Shown here one piece after another: positions 16,300-27,812 of a DNA stretch of 64,000 nucleotides. Positions within the stretch are counted from its first letter, which is position 1. The number at the start of each line of letters is the position of its first letter. The notes beneath the pieces are model-generated. The model ran no database searches and had not been told where the DNA came from. It was given only the letters and a program-made list of their open reading frames with translations. The position numbers and the translations under genes are program-made. Source of the stretch: Selaginella moellendorffii (taxonomy: Eukaryota; Plantae; Lycopodiophyta); assembly GCF_000143415.4 (NCBI RefSeq), contig NW_003314353.1, positions 467,785 through 531,784 of the forward strand, given 5' to 3'.

Positions 16300-17050
16300 G
16301 GATGCCAAGACCAAGCAGCACGCCGCTGTGATCCACGGCCCATCTCCGCAAGAAATCTCGCCGCTTGGCTGTCGAGATTGTCGCAGACTTGCATGGGTCT
16401 TCTTCTGGTGGAGTCGGTCCTGTGCCACCAGTTCATGTTCATGCTCCACAAAGAGCTTGGCGTCACTGGGTTCGTGCATAAGGTTTCCAGGGACAAGAAA
16501 TTGAGTGAGCTCACCTGACACGAGCCTGAGCCCGAGGAGGAGGACTTTTACATCGACCGCCACCTTTCTCGTGAGCAAAGTGACGAGCTCTTGCGTGGGA
16601 TTTTCGAGGTTACGGTGCCACACTCGTACCGATGGCTGCAGCTGGAGGAGATCGACGGGGGCATGAGAACTTTGCGAGTGCAGAGCGTGTGGAGGCGAGG
16701 ACCAAAAGCTCGGCTGTTCTTGTTTGTAGGAAGTCTGGTGACGCTGTTCTTGGCATTGACGTCGTGAGCCATTTCAGCCAGTTGAGTTTGAGGAGGTGCG
16801 AAGTGGAGTTTTACTCGTGGGCGAGCTCGTCCAAGCTCCCTTTTGTGCAGTTCATCACTGATTTCAGAAGCGGGGCCGTGCTTTTCTACTGCACTTTCAC
16901 GCAGGCGAGATCAATGTGCCGCGAGATGATGTCGGTCGGCACCATGATAAAGCTGCTACGGCTCTTTGGCACAACGTTGCCCGATTCGGAGTCGGAGCTG
17001 GAGTGGTGGCCGCTGGCGTGGAAACGTTTCTCGGAAATAGGTGAGATCTT
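16300..17050 (+). pseudogene. Frameshifted gene of an unidentified family (paralog of 5430-5830)
   Basis: GC-rich coding-like tract with local protein similarity to the minus-strand copy at 5.5 kb. Confidence 0.5.
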
Positions 17051-17599
17051 TCAACTTTGTATACACTGGTGTTCTTAATACTTTTTGAGACCAAGGAACA
17101 AAGAGCATTCCAGTCTGCAAGCTGTGAAACCGCTTTGAAAAGAGAAACAGATTAAAGATTTTTACAGTCAAATAAAGTGGCACCATAGTGGCCACCGTTA
17201 CTATGCTTCAGAGCACGATGAATGCTAGTACCACGCACGTCTTCAAGTACCTTACAGTCAATTTTCTATCAAAGCTTGTTTCTAGCATCTAGCATTGGCT
17301 GTTCTAACACTTTCAAGAAGGTGAATATCCACGCAGGAGCAACCAAAGTTTACACGAATCACTGTCAAGCTTAGGTCGACGTGAGAGATGTGGCTGAGGC
17401 ACACATTCTCGTGCACGAGGGGCCTAGCCCTTGTGTTGAGCTCTTTCCGGACTATCCAATCTCGAGAAAGTGAGTGATTAAAAGACCAATGTCTAGCTTT
17501 GTTTTGACAATCCTGATCTTTTTTTGTTCTCTTTTGTATCTCCTTTGAATACTTGAACCAAGAAGCAGAGAATGAAAAGACATTGTCACGAACCCTTTT

Positions 17600-18200
17600 G
17601 TTAACAGTGACGGGTTTCCAGAGAGACGTATCTTGTTTTTTCATAGTTTTCTTTCATAGCTTTGGAATACAGGATGTGTTTCCGCTTATGGAGTTCCATC
17701 ATATCAAGGTTTTTGTGGTGCTTAGAATTTATATGGTCTTCATTCTTACTCCAGTATCAGGAAATAGGATGAGGCTATGTTTATAAAGTTCTCTCTCGTA
17801 TCTTGGTGAGTTGGCTTTTTACTTTCAATTGCCACAGGCTTGCTTAAAGTTTCCAGCTTCCAGGTTACCATGAAAACGTAGTGAGCTTGGTTCGAGAATG
17901 AATTTCTGTATATCCACATGGAGCTGTAGAACATTCACGAAGAAAACACTGACCGAGGTGACGTCTCAAGTAAGTATATTCTTTTCTTAGTTTCTCATGA
18001 CTGCATGGCAGCTCTTATAAATGCACGGCCTCGTTCACGACGTGAAGCCCGACAACATCTACATCGACGAAGGCGTCTACAAGATTGGCGACTTTGGCCT
18101 CTGGCGAGGATGGCGACTCGAGATATCTCCACTATCAAGCCATCCACCAGCTCTTCTTCCAAGCTTGATCAACTCTCTGATGCATCCACAAATCGAGCTC
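17600..18200 (+). pseudogene. WEE1: WEE1-like kinase pseudogene fragment
   Basis: EFHHIK..EIG..VYKVLSRI, HENVV..AWFENEFLYIHMEL and GLVHDVKPDNIYIDEGVYKIGDFG match plant WEE1 (WFENEQLYIQ; DVKPDNIY). Many deletions. Confidence 0.75.
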
Positions 18201-19270
18201 TTTGAGAGGAAAAAAACTTCTTGGTCGCAGTAACACTAAATTAAACTTTATTGGCATGCAACCTGGATAAAACACCATGAAGTATCCAGTCGATCATATC
18301 CTTGCAATGGATAACAAGTGGTATCTGAACAAGTCCCTCAAGAAAGAGATATCCTCAGTGGAGTTTCCACCATGGTACCCGTAAAGTGTCAACCAAAGCT
18401 GGAAATTAAGTGCCTCCAAGTTACGTGGATTGAAAGCGCCTACAAGAAGAAGCTTGAAGAGGCTCAGCAATTCATCCAGCTCCCACTCTCACCAAGCTCT
18501 GGCTTTCAATGAGCTCGTAGTGGCTGCCGATCTTCAGGACTTCCAGGCTCTTCGATTGGAAACTGAGGGAGATGTCCAGTAAGAAGTGACTAACTTCGAA
18601 GGTGGAGTATCGAGGAAAATTTCATAAGTGCTCAAAATGGTGTCCTGCCATGTCCCAGCAAGGTGAAGCTCTTGAGGCTCCTGCTCGACACCGTGAGGCG
18701 GGCCCTGGACAGAACCTCAAAATCCTTGACGTTGAGCCGACATTCGCATTGGCCTCTGGTCAGGCGCCGAGGAGCGATTCACTAACATGAAGGCTGCTGT
18801 AGAATCCCCCGATAATGTGGAGGCTCTCGAGCATGCCCATGCAGGACACCAAGTCCAGAAAAGTGCCCCAGCAGAATCCCCAATCTACTCATACTTGACT
18901 GAATGTGCACACGCAAACCAGATACCTAGAGACATTTATTTGACATTTATTTGCTTCAAACATTTTACTTCCCTATAGAAACACCATTTGGTCCTGAATT
19001 GTTTTTGGCTCAAGCATTTTAACTTGAGGCAGCCTGCAGTGGAGCAAGGCAAAGATGATCCTTGTCCCCACAGAGAAGAAATGGTACCTATGGTAGAGCT
19101 CCTGCCAGCGCTTGCACACGAGAGTGCAGCACGTTGGGGTCGGCCAAATGAAAGCACGAAATCTAGTCACAAAGAGGAGGGTTAGGCTGTATTCTAATTT
19201 CTTTGTACAATTTGCCTTTTTTTCTTATTTAAATATGTGGTCAAAGGGTTTTAAGAGGGTATTAGGTAGG

Positions 19271-20180
19271 ATGAAGAATTAGAGAGTAGGCATTGCGGAA
19301 AGGAATTACATGGAAGACTTTTTTGTGAATGTTTTTAGCTATAGAGAGTTTAAAATATAAAATTGTCTATATTAAACTATATACCAATTAAAAAACTTAC
19401 AGGACATAGAAGGGGTCTTACACATGCTGAAATGTTCAACGGCTATGAAGGTGATGCAGTTGCCAAGTTTTGCTTGGCAAACATGCTCGCTACCATAGCC
19501 AAGAGTATTGCGGAAGGAGGCAAGAGTGCAAGAGAAGCTTTGGAGGAAGTGTTTACAGACATGGACGCACACTTGCTAGCTGCTGGGACTGATCGTGGCC
19601 TAGCGAAGACCAAGATGGAGTTTGAGGAAGAGATTGATTGGAACGATGGCGAGGAGGAGGAGGAGGAGAAAGAGGTTGGATTGGGCAGCACAGCGGTGGT
19701 GGCGCTCGTCTAGGCGCAGCAGAGGTCTCTGGTGGTAGCAAGCGTGGGGGACTCTCGCGCAATCTTGTCTGAAAAGGGGAGGGCGGTGGAGCTGGCTCGA
19801 GCTCATGAGCCCAAGGACCCCAAGGAGAGGTCCCGGATAGAGGCAGCGGGCGGGAAGATCATGCCCAATGGATCGCTTAGCGATGTGTTAGAATGGTGCA
19901 CGCTTGCAATGTCACAACCCATTGGCAAGCTCAAGTGCTGCTTTAGACAAGCAGATCGTGATTGCTGTTCCGGAGGTTGTGGAGATGAGCTCACAAGCGA
20001 CGACGATTTTCTGGTGTTGAGCTCGGATGGAATCTGGATGGAGGTGATTGTTGACTTTGTGGCGAGCTAGGTGAGAAAGGAAGTTGAATTGGAAGAAATA
20101 TGCAAGGTTTGATCCAAAAGGTGGATGCCAATGACAACATGTCCATTGTCATCCTCAACCTTGCAAGAAGTGCTTATTAC
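19271..20180 (+). pseudogene. Protein phosphatase 2C pseudogene
   Basis: RNYMED, FNGYEG (for FDGHGG), GSTAVVALV*, VASVGDSRAIL, ERSRIEAAGG, FLVLSSDGIW and DNMSIVIL. TAG stops at 19711 and 20068. Confidence 0.85.
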
Positions 20181-20419
20181 TAAGACAACCATCTGCTAAG
20201 GTCATTTGATAGATTAATTGAAATTGGTGATTTTTTCAAACATTGTAACTTTTATGGTGATAAAAACCATAAATTTTGCATGTGACAATGCTCAAGAAGT
20301 TAATTCCAGCAAAAAAATAATATTGCTCTTGTAAGTTAGATTTTGTCCATAAGATCAAAAAGTATCCTTTGTTCTTTTGACCCTTCAGTGATTTCCGGAA
20401 GAACCCTAATAAACACCCA

Positions 20420-20851
20420 TCACTGCTGGAGCTGCTGCTCGTATTGGGGCGGCTGCGTCGTCGGCGGAGCCGCTTGGGCGGCGCTGCCAGCCACGGCAGA
20501 ATCCGCATAGTACTCCTGCCGCTTCACATTGACCCCAAATTCCCTCAGCGCCGCGGCCAGATCGTCGCTGGTGAGCACAATCCGCCCGCCGTGCTTGGGA
20601 TCCTTGGCGCTACCGCCCGAGGAGGGGGCCGCGGCGGCCGATTTGCTGCGGACCTTGCTGTGCTGGAGCGCGTCCGATGCTACCTCGGACACGAATTTCT
20701 GCGTCGCCACAGCCACCAGGCGCGTGAGGCGCGAGTCGTGCGCCTGGAATCCCCCCGCGGCCAAGTAGTACTCCACCAGCTCCTCCGGAATCGCGGGAAT
20801 GTAGTCGTCCAGCGTCGCCAGGAAATCCACTAGCATCGCATCGTCCGCCAT
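20420..20851 (-). CDS. TAF10: Transcription initiation factor TFIID subunit 10, single exon
   Basis: DFLATLDDYIPAIPEELVEYYL..RLVAVATQKFVSEVASDALQ..VLTSDDLAAALREFGVNVK. Confidence 0.93.
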   Translation of the reverse strand: MADDAMLVDFLATLDDYIPAIPEELVEYYLAAGGFQAHDSRLTRLVAVATQKFVSEVASDALQHSKVRSKSAAAAPSSGGSAKDPKHGGRIVLTSDDLAAALREFGVNVKRQEYYADSAVAGSAAQAAPPTTQPPQYEQQLQQ

Positions 20852-21045
20852 GGAAAACACTAAACCCCCTCCGCTCGAGCAGAATAAAATGTTTGGGTAA
20901 TATTCCCCGCCATCTTGAAGTATATTCTGTCAACTCTTGCTGCAAGTATATTCTGTTAGAGTTTTGAAAGAACAGGAGATTCTGCGACAAATGCTATGAA
21001 AGGGATATTCCGTTTGCTTTAACTCTTAAAAAATATGTAGCAGCT

Positions 21046-24000
21046 TCATCGAGCGAATGAAGCCCTTAGTTGTGGCGTTTTGCTGGAGTTTCCCACCATT
21101 TCCAGCTCCACCTCTCCGTTTTCTCGCATTGCGTATTTCCAAGCCCACGATCGTGAGCTCTCTGGCAATCGCTCTAGTGTACAAGAAAATCCTGTAGAAG
21201 GAACTTCTAGAGTTTAGAGCTCTCGTATCTCAAAACTTTGGAGAGTTTTTACCTGTTGGTCCTGATGGTCTTACTCGCATCTTGTGTCCGTCTGGTACTT
21301 CAAAGACGTGGGAGCCCTGCAGCATTACAAGGTTCGTTCGTTTCTCGCTAAGAAAAAGATGAGGCTTGCCTTTATAACAACGTCCGAGGCATCGAACTCC
21401 GAGCAGCCTTTGAGGATGATCTTAAGAGACTCGTGGCGGCTCACTTTGTTCTGCCAGTACACGTTGGTGGAGCACTTCCAGTCGATTCCTTGGTTGGAAA
21501 CTTGGACATTGTGGAAGCGACACCTCCCCAACCTGAAAAGCTTGCCTCAGTGATTGTTTGACATGACCGAGGAAAGCTTTTACCCCTCGCCGTAGTGAAG
21601 TATGCCATCCTTTACGGTTCCCATGATATTTTCCGCCTCTACCACCAAGCTACCACTTACCTGCAAGTAACAAAAGTTAAGTTATTCTTTGAAGCGTAAA
21701 TTTGACAATGCTTACATCGACATTGGTCCATGAAAGTTCTGAGATTTCTAACTGCACCTCTGATCCTTTTCGGATGGACCCGCCATAAATCTGCGAGACA
21801 AGTCTTTTTAGTTTAGCCTCTGAGAGAGACAACAAGAAAGCAAGCAGTGTTACCTTTTGACGAAAGATGTTCCACAATGGGCCGATAGCTGGATGTAGAA
21901 GAGCAATGAATGGAGGGCCTGTGTCAATGTAGCATTGATTTGATTCCATCTGCATGTTCACAAGCGTGTTGAGAAGAACAGAAAGTCCTGTTTGTCTCAC
22001 CTCGTCTATCGCCACTCCACAAGACGTCAGAAGGTCAAACGCATTCCTCGTAATATCAAGAAATGACCCGTCTGGCGTCTGTCCAGGAAAGAAGCATGAT
22101 AACACTGCTTTAAGAAATACGAGTGTACCTGGTGGAGTGTTTGATCGTCGAGTTTCCTGCGCCTCTTTGCCGAAGATGTTACCTTTCTTCGTTGATTGTA
22201 AATAATAAAGGTGTCGAGATTATCTGATTAAAAGCAATGTAAAATCTTCAAATTAGACGTCGGATTGTTTCTACCGTGATCAATGGACGTCAATTGATGC
22301 TGATAATGGTTTTGGAGTGAGTCCGCAATGTTTTGCATTGTGCACTCGATTCTTCCTGCACGAATACTGTTCAAGAGAACTCTTAATAAACGTAGAGAGA
22401 AACCTCAATTCAAACCTTTGATCTACACCGTAGCTGTCCGTAAACGTAACAGGCTTCTTCAAGTTCATTATCATCCCAGGCAAAGAAGCACAGTCATTGC
22501 GTGATGCCACCTCTTCAACTGACTCAAGGTCCACGAAAAGAACATTTGTGTTTGCAGGAAACCTGGCTTGCATGCTGTAAAGGAAAGTCAAGTTAAAACC
22601 GATGCTGAGCAAAATTATACACATTTCTTGCCTGCCAGTTGAAACTGGGACATCTGCAATACCAAGCCTACTAAACTCGGTGTATTCGATGCATGTTGTG
22701 CCATATCTCCAGCGGCCATCTTCCGTTTTGCTCTCCATCAGCACGTTGACACCTTCGGCGGCACCAACTTTGCGGTCACAAGACGCAAAACCAAATTTCT
22801 GTTGACAAGCTTGCTTAACCTCCATATCGAAAACGAAAACGTAAAAGTACCTTGTTTTGATGCAAACCAACACCTGCCAAAGCTAGAAGAGTAACATCAG
22901 TAGCTGCAACTGGATTGCTGCACGGAATATATGGTCAAAATCTAAAAGAAACGCAAGATAGATACCTTATTTGACGTACCACAGCAGCTTTCCGGTTTTT
23001 GTCATAAAACCATTTGAATACTTCTGAATCTTTAGCCAACTTCCAAATGACTCCATGGCCGCCTGGCTTTAGCATCGGATCCAACGGACCTCTCACGACC
23101 CATTGCACGTTTTCTGCAGCTATTGTGGGCACCAATGGCTGAAATTTGTGTAGTGTGAATCTCTAGCACTAGACAAAAAGCTTTCTCACCTGTTCAAAGA
23201 GCTGAAAATTATCTCTTCCTCTGCCAAACCATCTGTGGCTTTCGAGTAAGTCTTTTACTCTCTCGTTATTCCGTTTTGCTGCACTCGTCATGATTGCAAC
23301 CGGAGTGATCACCTGTGAGCCATATAGCTTAAAGTGGAAGAATTCTCGAGCCTGTAGGAACAGGAAGTGAATTAGCTCCACATCAATTCAAGGTAGGCTA
23401 GAACCTGTAAGTCCCGTATGAGACCTTCCAACAAAGTCCGACCACAATATGGTAGCATTGCCACAGGAAGGCTTTCACCAGTCACGTCGTCAACAAGTCC
23501 CAAGCGGTCACCAGCTCCACCTAGGGGATAAATTTCTCCAATTTCTGCCAAGCGCTGCAGCATAATATCGTCAAACCAAAACCTTCAAAAAACAAAAACA
23601 AGCGCTTACTTTCACGCCCCAGCCAGCTGCCTGAGTTGCAAAAGCTGTGTCTTTTGAAAGATCTTTTCCTTCCGGGACGTGATAAAATGACTGTTGAGCA
23701 CTGCGTGTCGCCGAAAATCCAATCTCCCCAGTTTCGGACGAGCGTATCAGCTCCATCCCGGCCAACTGGTACCTAGACAGCAAAGTCATAGTTAGCCAGG
23801 AGAATCTTACGAGTTTCACCGTGACTTACCCAACAATGCCGCCTATACAATCGTAAAACCGCTCCAGAGAATCCAACACTCTCACAAAACTCTTGAGCTT
23901 CAGCAAAACCTCGCGCTCATCCGGCTCTCCACGCCGGCGTTTTCTCTGCAACTCTGCCGTGACGTCCAAACTCAATGGCCACTGTATCAACTCGGAGGAC

Positions 24001-24656
24001 TTCGCATCTTCAAAGGACTCTATAAGCTGTGTCATAAGCTGGAGCGTTCCCATCAATACACTCTTCTCCGATCCATTCACGAAGCTCATACCACCCAGGC
24101 CATTGCAACCATTGAGAATTTTCCTGTGATCGTCGGCGACACCACCACCCTCGTCTCCCAAACCAAGGATATGTCCCTGCCCGATCGCCACAAGGCACTT
24201 AAGCAAGTAGAGCTCATAGTCCCCAAGCTTTCTCATCGCCACAGCCACCACCTCATTGCAAAGAGAGCCCTGTTGGAACGAGAACACTGCCTGGACGCGA
24301 GGAAGGCTCCCGACGAGAAGACATCTCTCCCTCAAGCTCTTACACGCCTTTAGCCTCGCCTTTAAATCCGTTAGCCTCTCCAGCTCCTCCTCCAGCCTCC
24401 AATTCTTGCGCGACAGTGAAGAAGAACCCTTGCCGCCGTTACACACGGCGTTCTTCTCCGAGATCGGCGAGAGCGTCCGGCATTTGGACACCAGCTTCCT
24501 GTGCGAGCGGAAATTTCTTGATCGCGATCCATCCCTGTCCAGAATCACACTCTCCGGCCGCGGCCGCAGCAAGAGAGAGGTCTCCAGCGATCCACAGAGC
24601 TCCGTGACGACCGCATTGCCGTGGAACGACCGCTTGGCTGATGTGAGAGCTTCCAT
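21046..24656 (-). CDS. UGP3: Chloroplast UDP-glucose pyrophosphorylase 3 (multi-exon)
   Basis: FYDCIGGIVG, EIYPLGGAGDRLGLVD..LPYCGRTLLEGLIRDLQAREF, KPGGHGVIWKLA, FPANTNVLFVDL, LHPAIGPLW. Transit-peptide-like N-terminus. Last exon ends ..WKYAM..FAR*. Confidence 0.9.
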
Positions 24657-25292
24657 ACGGCCGCTGGAGAAGAATCAAGGTTTCAGTACCTGGAATTCTC
24701 TACAGAATTGCAATCTCATCCTCGAATGACGACTAGCGATAGAGCCGAGACCTACACCTGGAGAGGGGACTAAACCCTATGTTACGCTAACCTTGTTCGT
24801 TAGGGGATTCGTATATACCAGACATCCTTCCTCGCATATACCTTATCCGGATTAAGATGCAAACCCTTTATAAAGAAGAATGAATGTTTAGTTCTAAATA
24901 AATATTTAGATGTAAGAATTCAATTATCAACCGAGTTGGCAAAAAAATAATTTATAACTATATATTATTATTTTGTGTATTTTAAAGATTTTTAAAGATT
25001 TTATGAGTGAGAATTTCTAAAAATTTTGGAGTTTAAAAATGCTTAAGACCTGCTTATATTTTAACCCTTTTTTATCAAATAATAATAATATATATATTTA
25101 CAAACTGGTGAAGTATCATAGTCAATATAAATAAGTAATATATCTAGTTTTAAAAAATACTAATTTTAAAATATAAAAGTTATTATTAATATTTTTAATG
25201 AAAATTTAAATTAGAAATAACTTAATTTTTTATTATTTGAATAAATATTTTTTAAATTTATTACTTATTATGTATTTTGTATTTTAACATCT

Positions 25293-25299
<7 letters not shown>

Positions 25300-25363
<64 letters not shown>
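25300..25363. repeat. (TA)n microsatellite
   Basis: About 32 perfect TA units. Confidence 0.98.
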
Positions 25364-25366
<3 letters not shown>

Positions 25367-25960
25367 CCCTAGCTAGGTAATTGTAGTGCATGTGATTATA
25401 GCATGAGATTTGGATATACTGTCACTGTGGATCTTTGAAACCTTGGGGGATAAATGAGGATAAAATAACCATTAAAGACTCTTTCATCAAGCAATTCCCT
25501 TTTTCTTGTTAGCTTAAGGGGAGAGAAATAAGGTGCGGTATAATAATAACTAATATAATACTATAACATATAGATTGTTCATTTGGGATTAAATCTAGTC
25601 TATCCATCCTTGTATATAAGCAAAGATTTAAACCCCAATTAATATATCTATTTTTATATCCTAGTCACTCACATTGGTGGAAAGAGGTATTACAATTTGT
25701 CCCTAAAAGTAAAGTTTTTTGACACTGTTTTGCTCTAGTGGTTAGGATCATGTTTTTTGTTCTTATTTCTTTATTATCTTTTAGATCTAGATATATTAGC
25801 TTTTTGCAAGATTTAGAACTCTAACTATCATTGTGCTTAGATCTACTCTTTTATGCCACACCATTATCAATTAAAAAGTATGTAACTTGAAATGTTATTT
25901 TGTTAGATTGAACTTTTGGTATTATGGGGTGTGATCATACTAATACTACACCCATCCTTT

Positions 25961-26658
25961 TGTGAGACACAAAATCCCTAGGCCCCAAAGTGGAGCCGGA
26001 AGGGCGCCACATGGTAGTGGCCGAAGCGAGAGCCAAACGAGCGTAACACGTTTGGACCAAAAGCTCCGACTTGAGAAGTCAAGAGCGGGAGTGGAACTCC
26101 CAATGAAGTGCTCGAGGAATGAGCACGAAGCGAGCAAAAGGCAAGGCTCCAAAAAGGGACCCAAAAGGACCAACACATGACACGTGGGAGTGTCCGAGAT
26201 GGACTCGAGTTGGAGTCCGAAGTGGAGTCCGAGATGGACCCGAGATGGAGTCCGAGATGGAGTCCAAAGTGGAGTCCGAGGTGGATCCGAGATGGAGTCC
26301 AAAGTGGAGTCCGAAGTGGAGTCCGAGATGGACCCGAGTTGGAGTCCGAAGTGGAGTCCGAGATGGACCCGAGTTGGAGTCCGAAGTGGAGTCCGAGATG
26401 GACCCGAGATGGAGTCCGAGATGGAGTCCGAAGTGGAGTCCGAGGTGGACCCGAGATGGACCCGAGTTGGAGTCCGAAGTGGAGTCCGAGATGGACCCGA
26501 GATGGAGTCCGAGATGGAGTCCGAAGTGGAGTCCGAGTTGGACCCGAGATGGACCCGAGTTGGAGTCCGAAGTGGAGTCCGAGATGGACCCGAGATGGAC
26601 CCGAGATGGAGTCCGAGATGGAGTTTGAGATGGAGTCCAAGATCGAGACCGAGACCGG

Positions 26659-26690
<32 letters not shown>

Positions 26691-27812
26691 TCGGAACCGA
26701 GACCGAGACCGAGGCCGAGGCCGAGACCGAGCCCGAGCCCGAGTCCGAGTCCGAATCCGAGTCCGAGTCCGAGTCCGAGTCCGAGTCCGAGTCCGAGTCC
26801 GAGTCCGGAGCCTGAGAGGGTGAAAGCCCAAAGCGTTCGTCTCCCAGACCCTGGGGGGTTTGGTGAGCTCCAAAAGTATAGTAGGGGGGAGGACTGCAGT
26901 GGAGCCAGTTTGGCCAGGAAAGGCCAGTTTGGCCCAGGAAGGCTGGACCCAGTGTTGGGTGAGGAGCTGCCCACTGGGAAGTCCAAGACTAGAGTGAACA
27001 CAGACCGACAAGTGGGGTAGCTTGGTGAAGTGTTCAAGAGCCGGCTCTAGTTCCCCCGGGAGATCGACTGGCTGATGCTCCCAGTCCAAGTGTGGGTGGC
27101 ACTACCTACTTGGATACCTGTTGTGGCTCAACGGAACCTCGCTCTAAGCCCATGGCTAGAGCACCTAAAGGCGAAAGGCGAGGAGAGTACCCAGGTGGCT
27201 TGCGTAAGGCCACGGTGTTCCGAAATGTTGTCCCAAAGGCCCAGACTGTGGAGAGGAAGAGGCGCAGTCCTCTGGGGTAGTGACCAAGGACACAGTCGTG
27301 TGGTGAGGAAGTCCCAGAGGACCGTGGGACTTAGTGGTCGGGCCTGTGGGTCTCGATCCAGTGGCAGTGTTGGCAAACACGGCCAGGGGCAGAAAGGGAC
27401 TTAGTGGGGACTGACAGAGGGATATTGGGGAAGGCTATTCCCCTTGTCGGTGGGCATCCTAAGGATGCTAAGGAGTGGATCTGAGATGACCACTCACGGA
27501 TGGTTTGCTTAGTCTTGGAGAGCCAAGACTGTGATGCAAGTGGTAGTGGACTACCAGTGTGGCAAAGGTGATTGGGCATGGCCTTAGCGTAACGGGCTGC
27601 TATGTCGGTGGTACCTTTGAGTGTCGGTCATGGGATCGGACACGTGGAGCACTTGGACCAAGTGCAAATGTTGAGTGGCATGGATGCCATTCTCGGGGCT
27701 AGCAAGTCCCAAGTCCTGGATTGGACTTATGGAGGTTGTGAACGAGACTCCTCCAAGTGGTCGGAGGTGTGGTTAAGTGACTAAAGTAGAATGGAAAAAT
27801 TAATCGCTTACA
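25961..27812 (+). repeat. LARD 5' LTR (1852 bp)
   Basis: Near-identical to 31904-33707 apart from minisatellite copy number and about ten transitions. Confidence 0.95.
26188..26808. repeat. LTR minisatellite: 11/12-bp units (GGAGTCCGAGAT, GGAGTCCGAAGT, GGACCCGAGAT/TT) grading into 6-bp CCGAGA/CCGAGT
   Basis: Read directly from the sequence; second copy at 32130-32702. Confidence 0.95.

Noticed and set aside
18300-19185. Coding-like remnants between WEE1 and PP2C
   Set aside because: Short ORFs with no recognisable family.
20444-20990. Antisense and alternate-frame ORFs over TAF10 (similar cases over FLU, UGP3 and Rab3GAP)
   Set aside because: Shadow ORFs of GC-rich coding sequence.
26188-26808. 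CRISPR-like repeat array
   Set aside because: Eukaryotic context, contiguous units, no unique spacers and no cas genes.
27066-27086. Hammerhead ribozyme (retrozyme) in the LARD LTR
   Set aside because: CTGATG is followed by C, reads CCGATG in the other LTR, and has no GAAA core.
25946-27089. Long overlapping ORFs (GLGLGL, RSRSRS, SPKWSPRW) on both strands, repeated at 31841-32984
   Set aside because: Artefacts of a stop-free minisatellite in the LTRs; nearly all frames are open.
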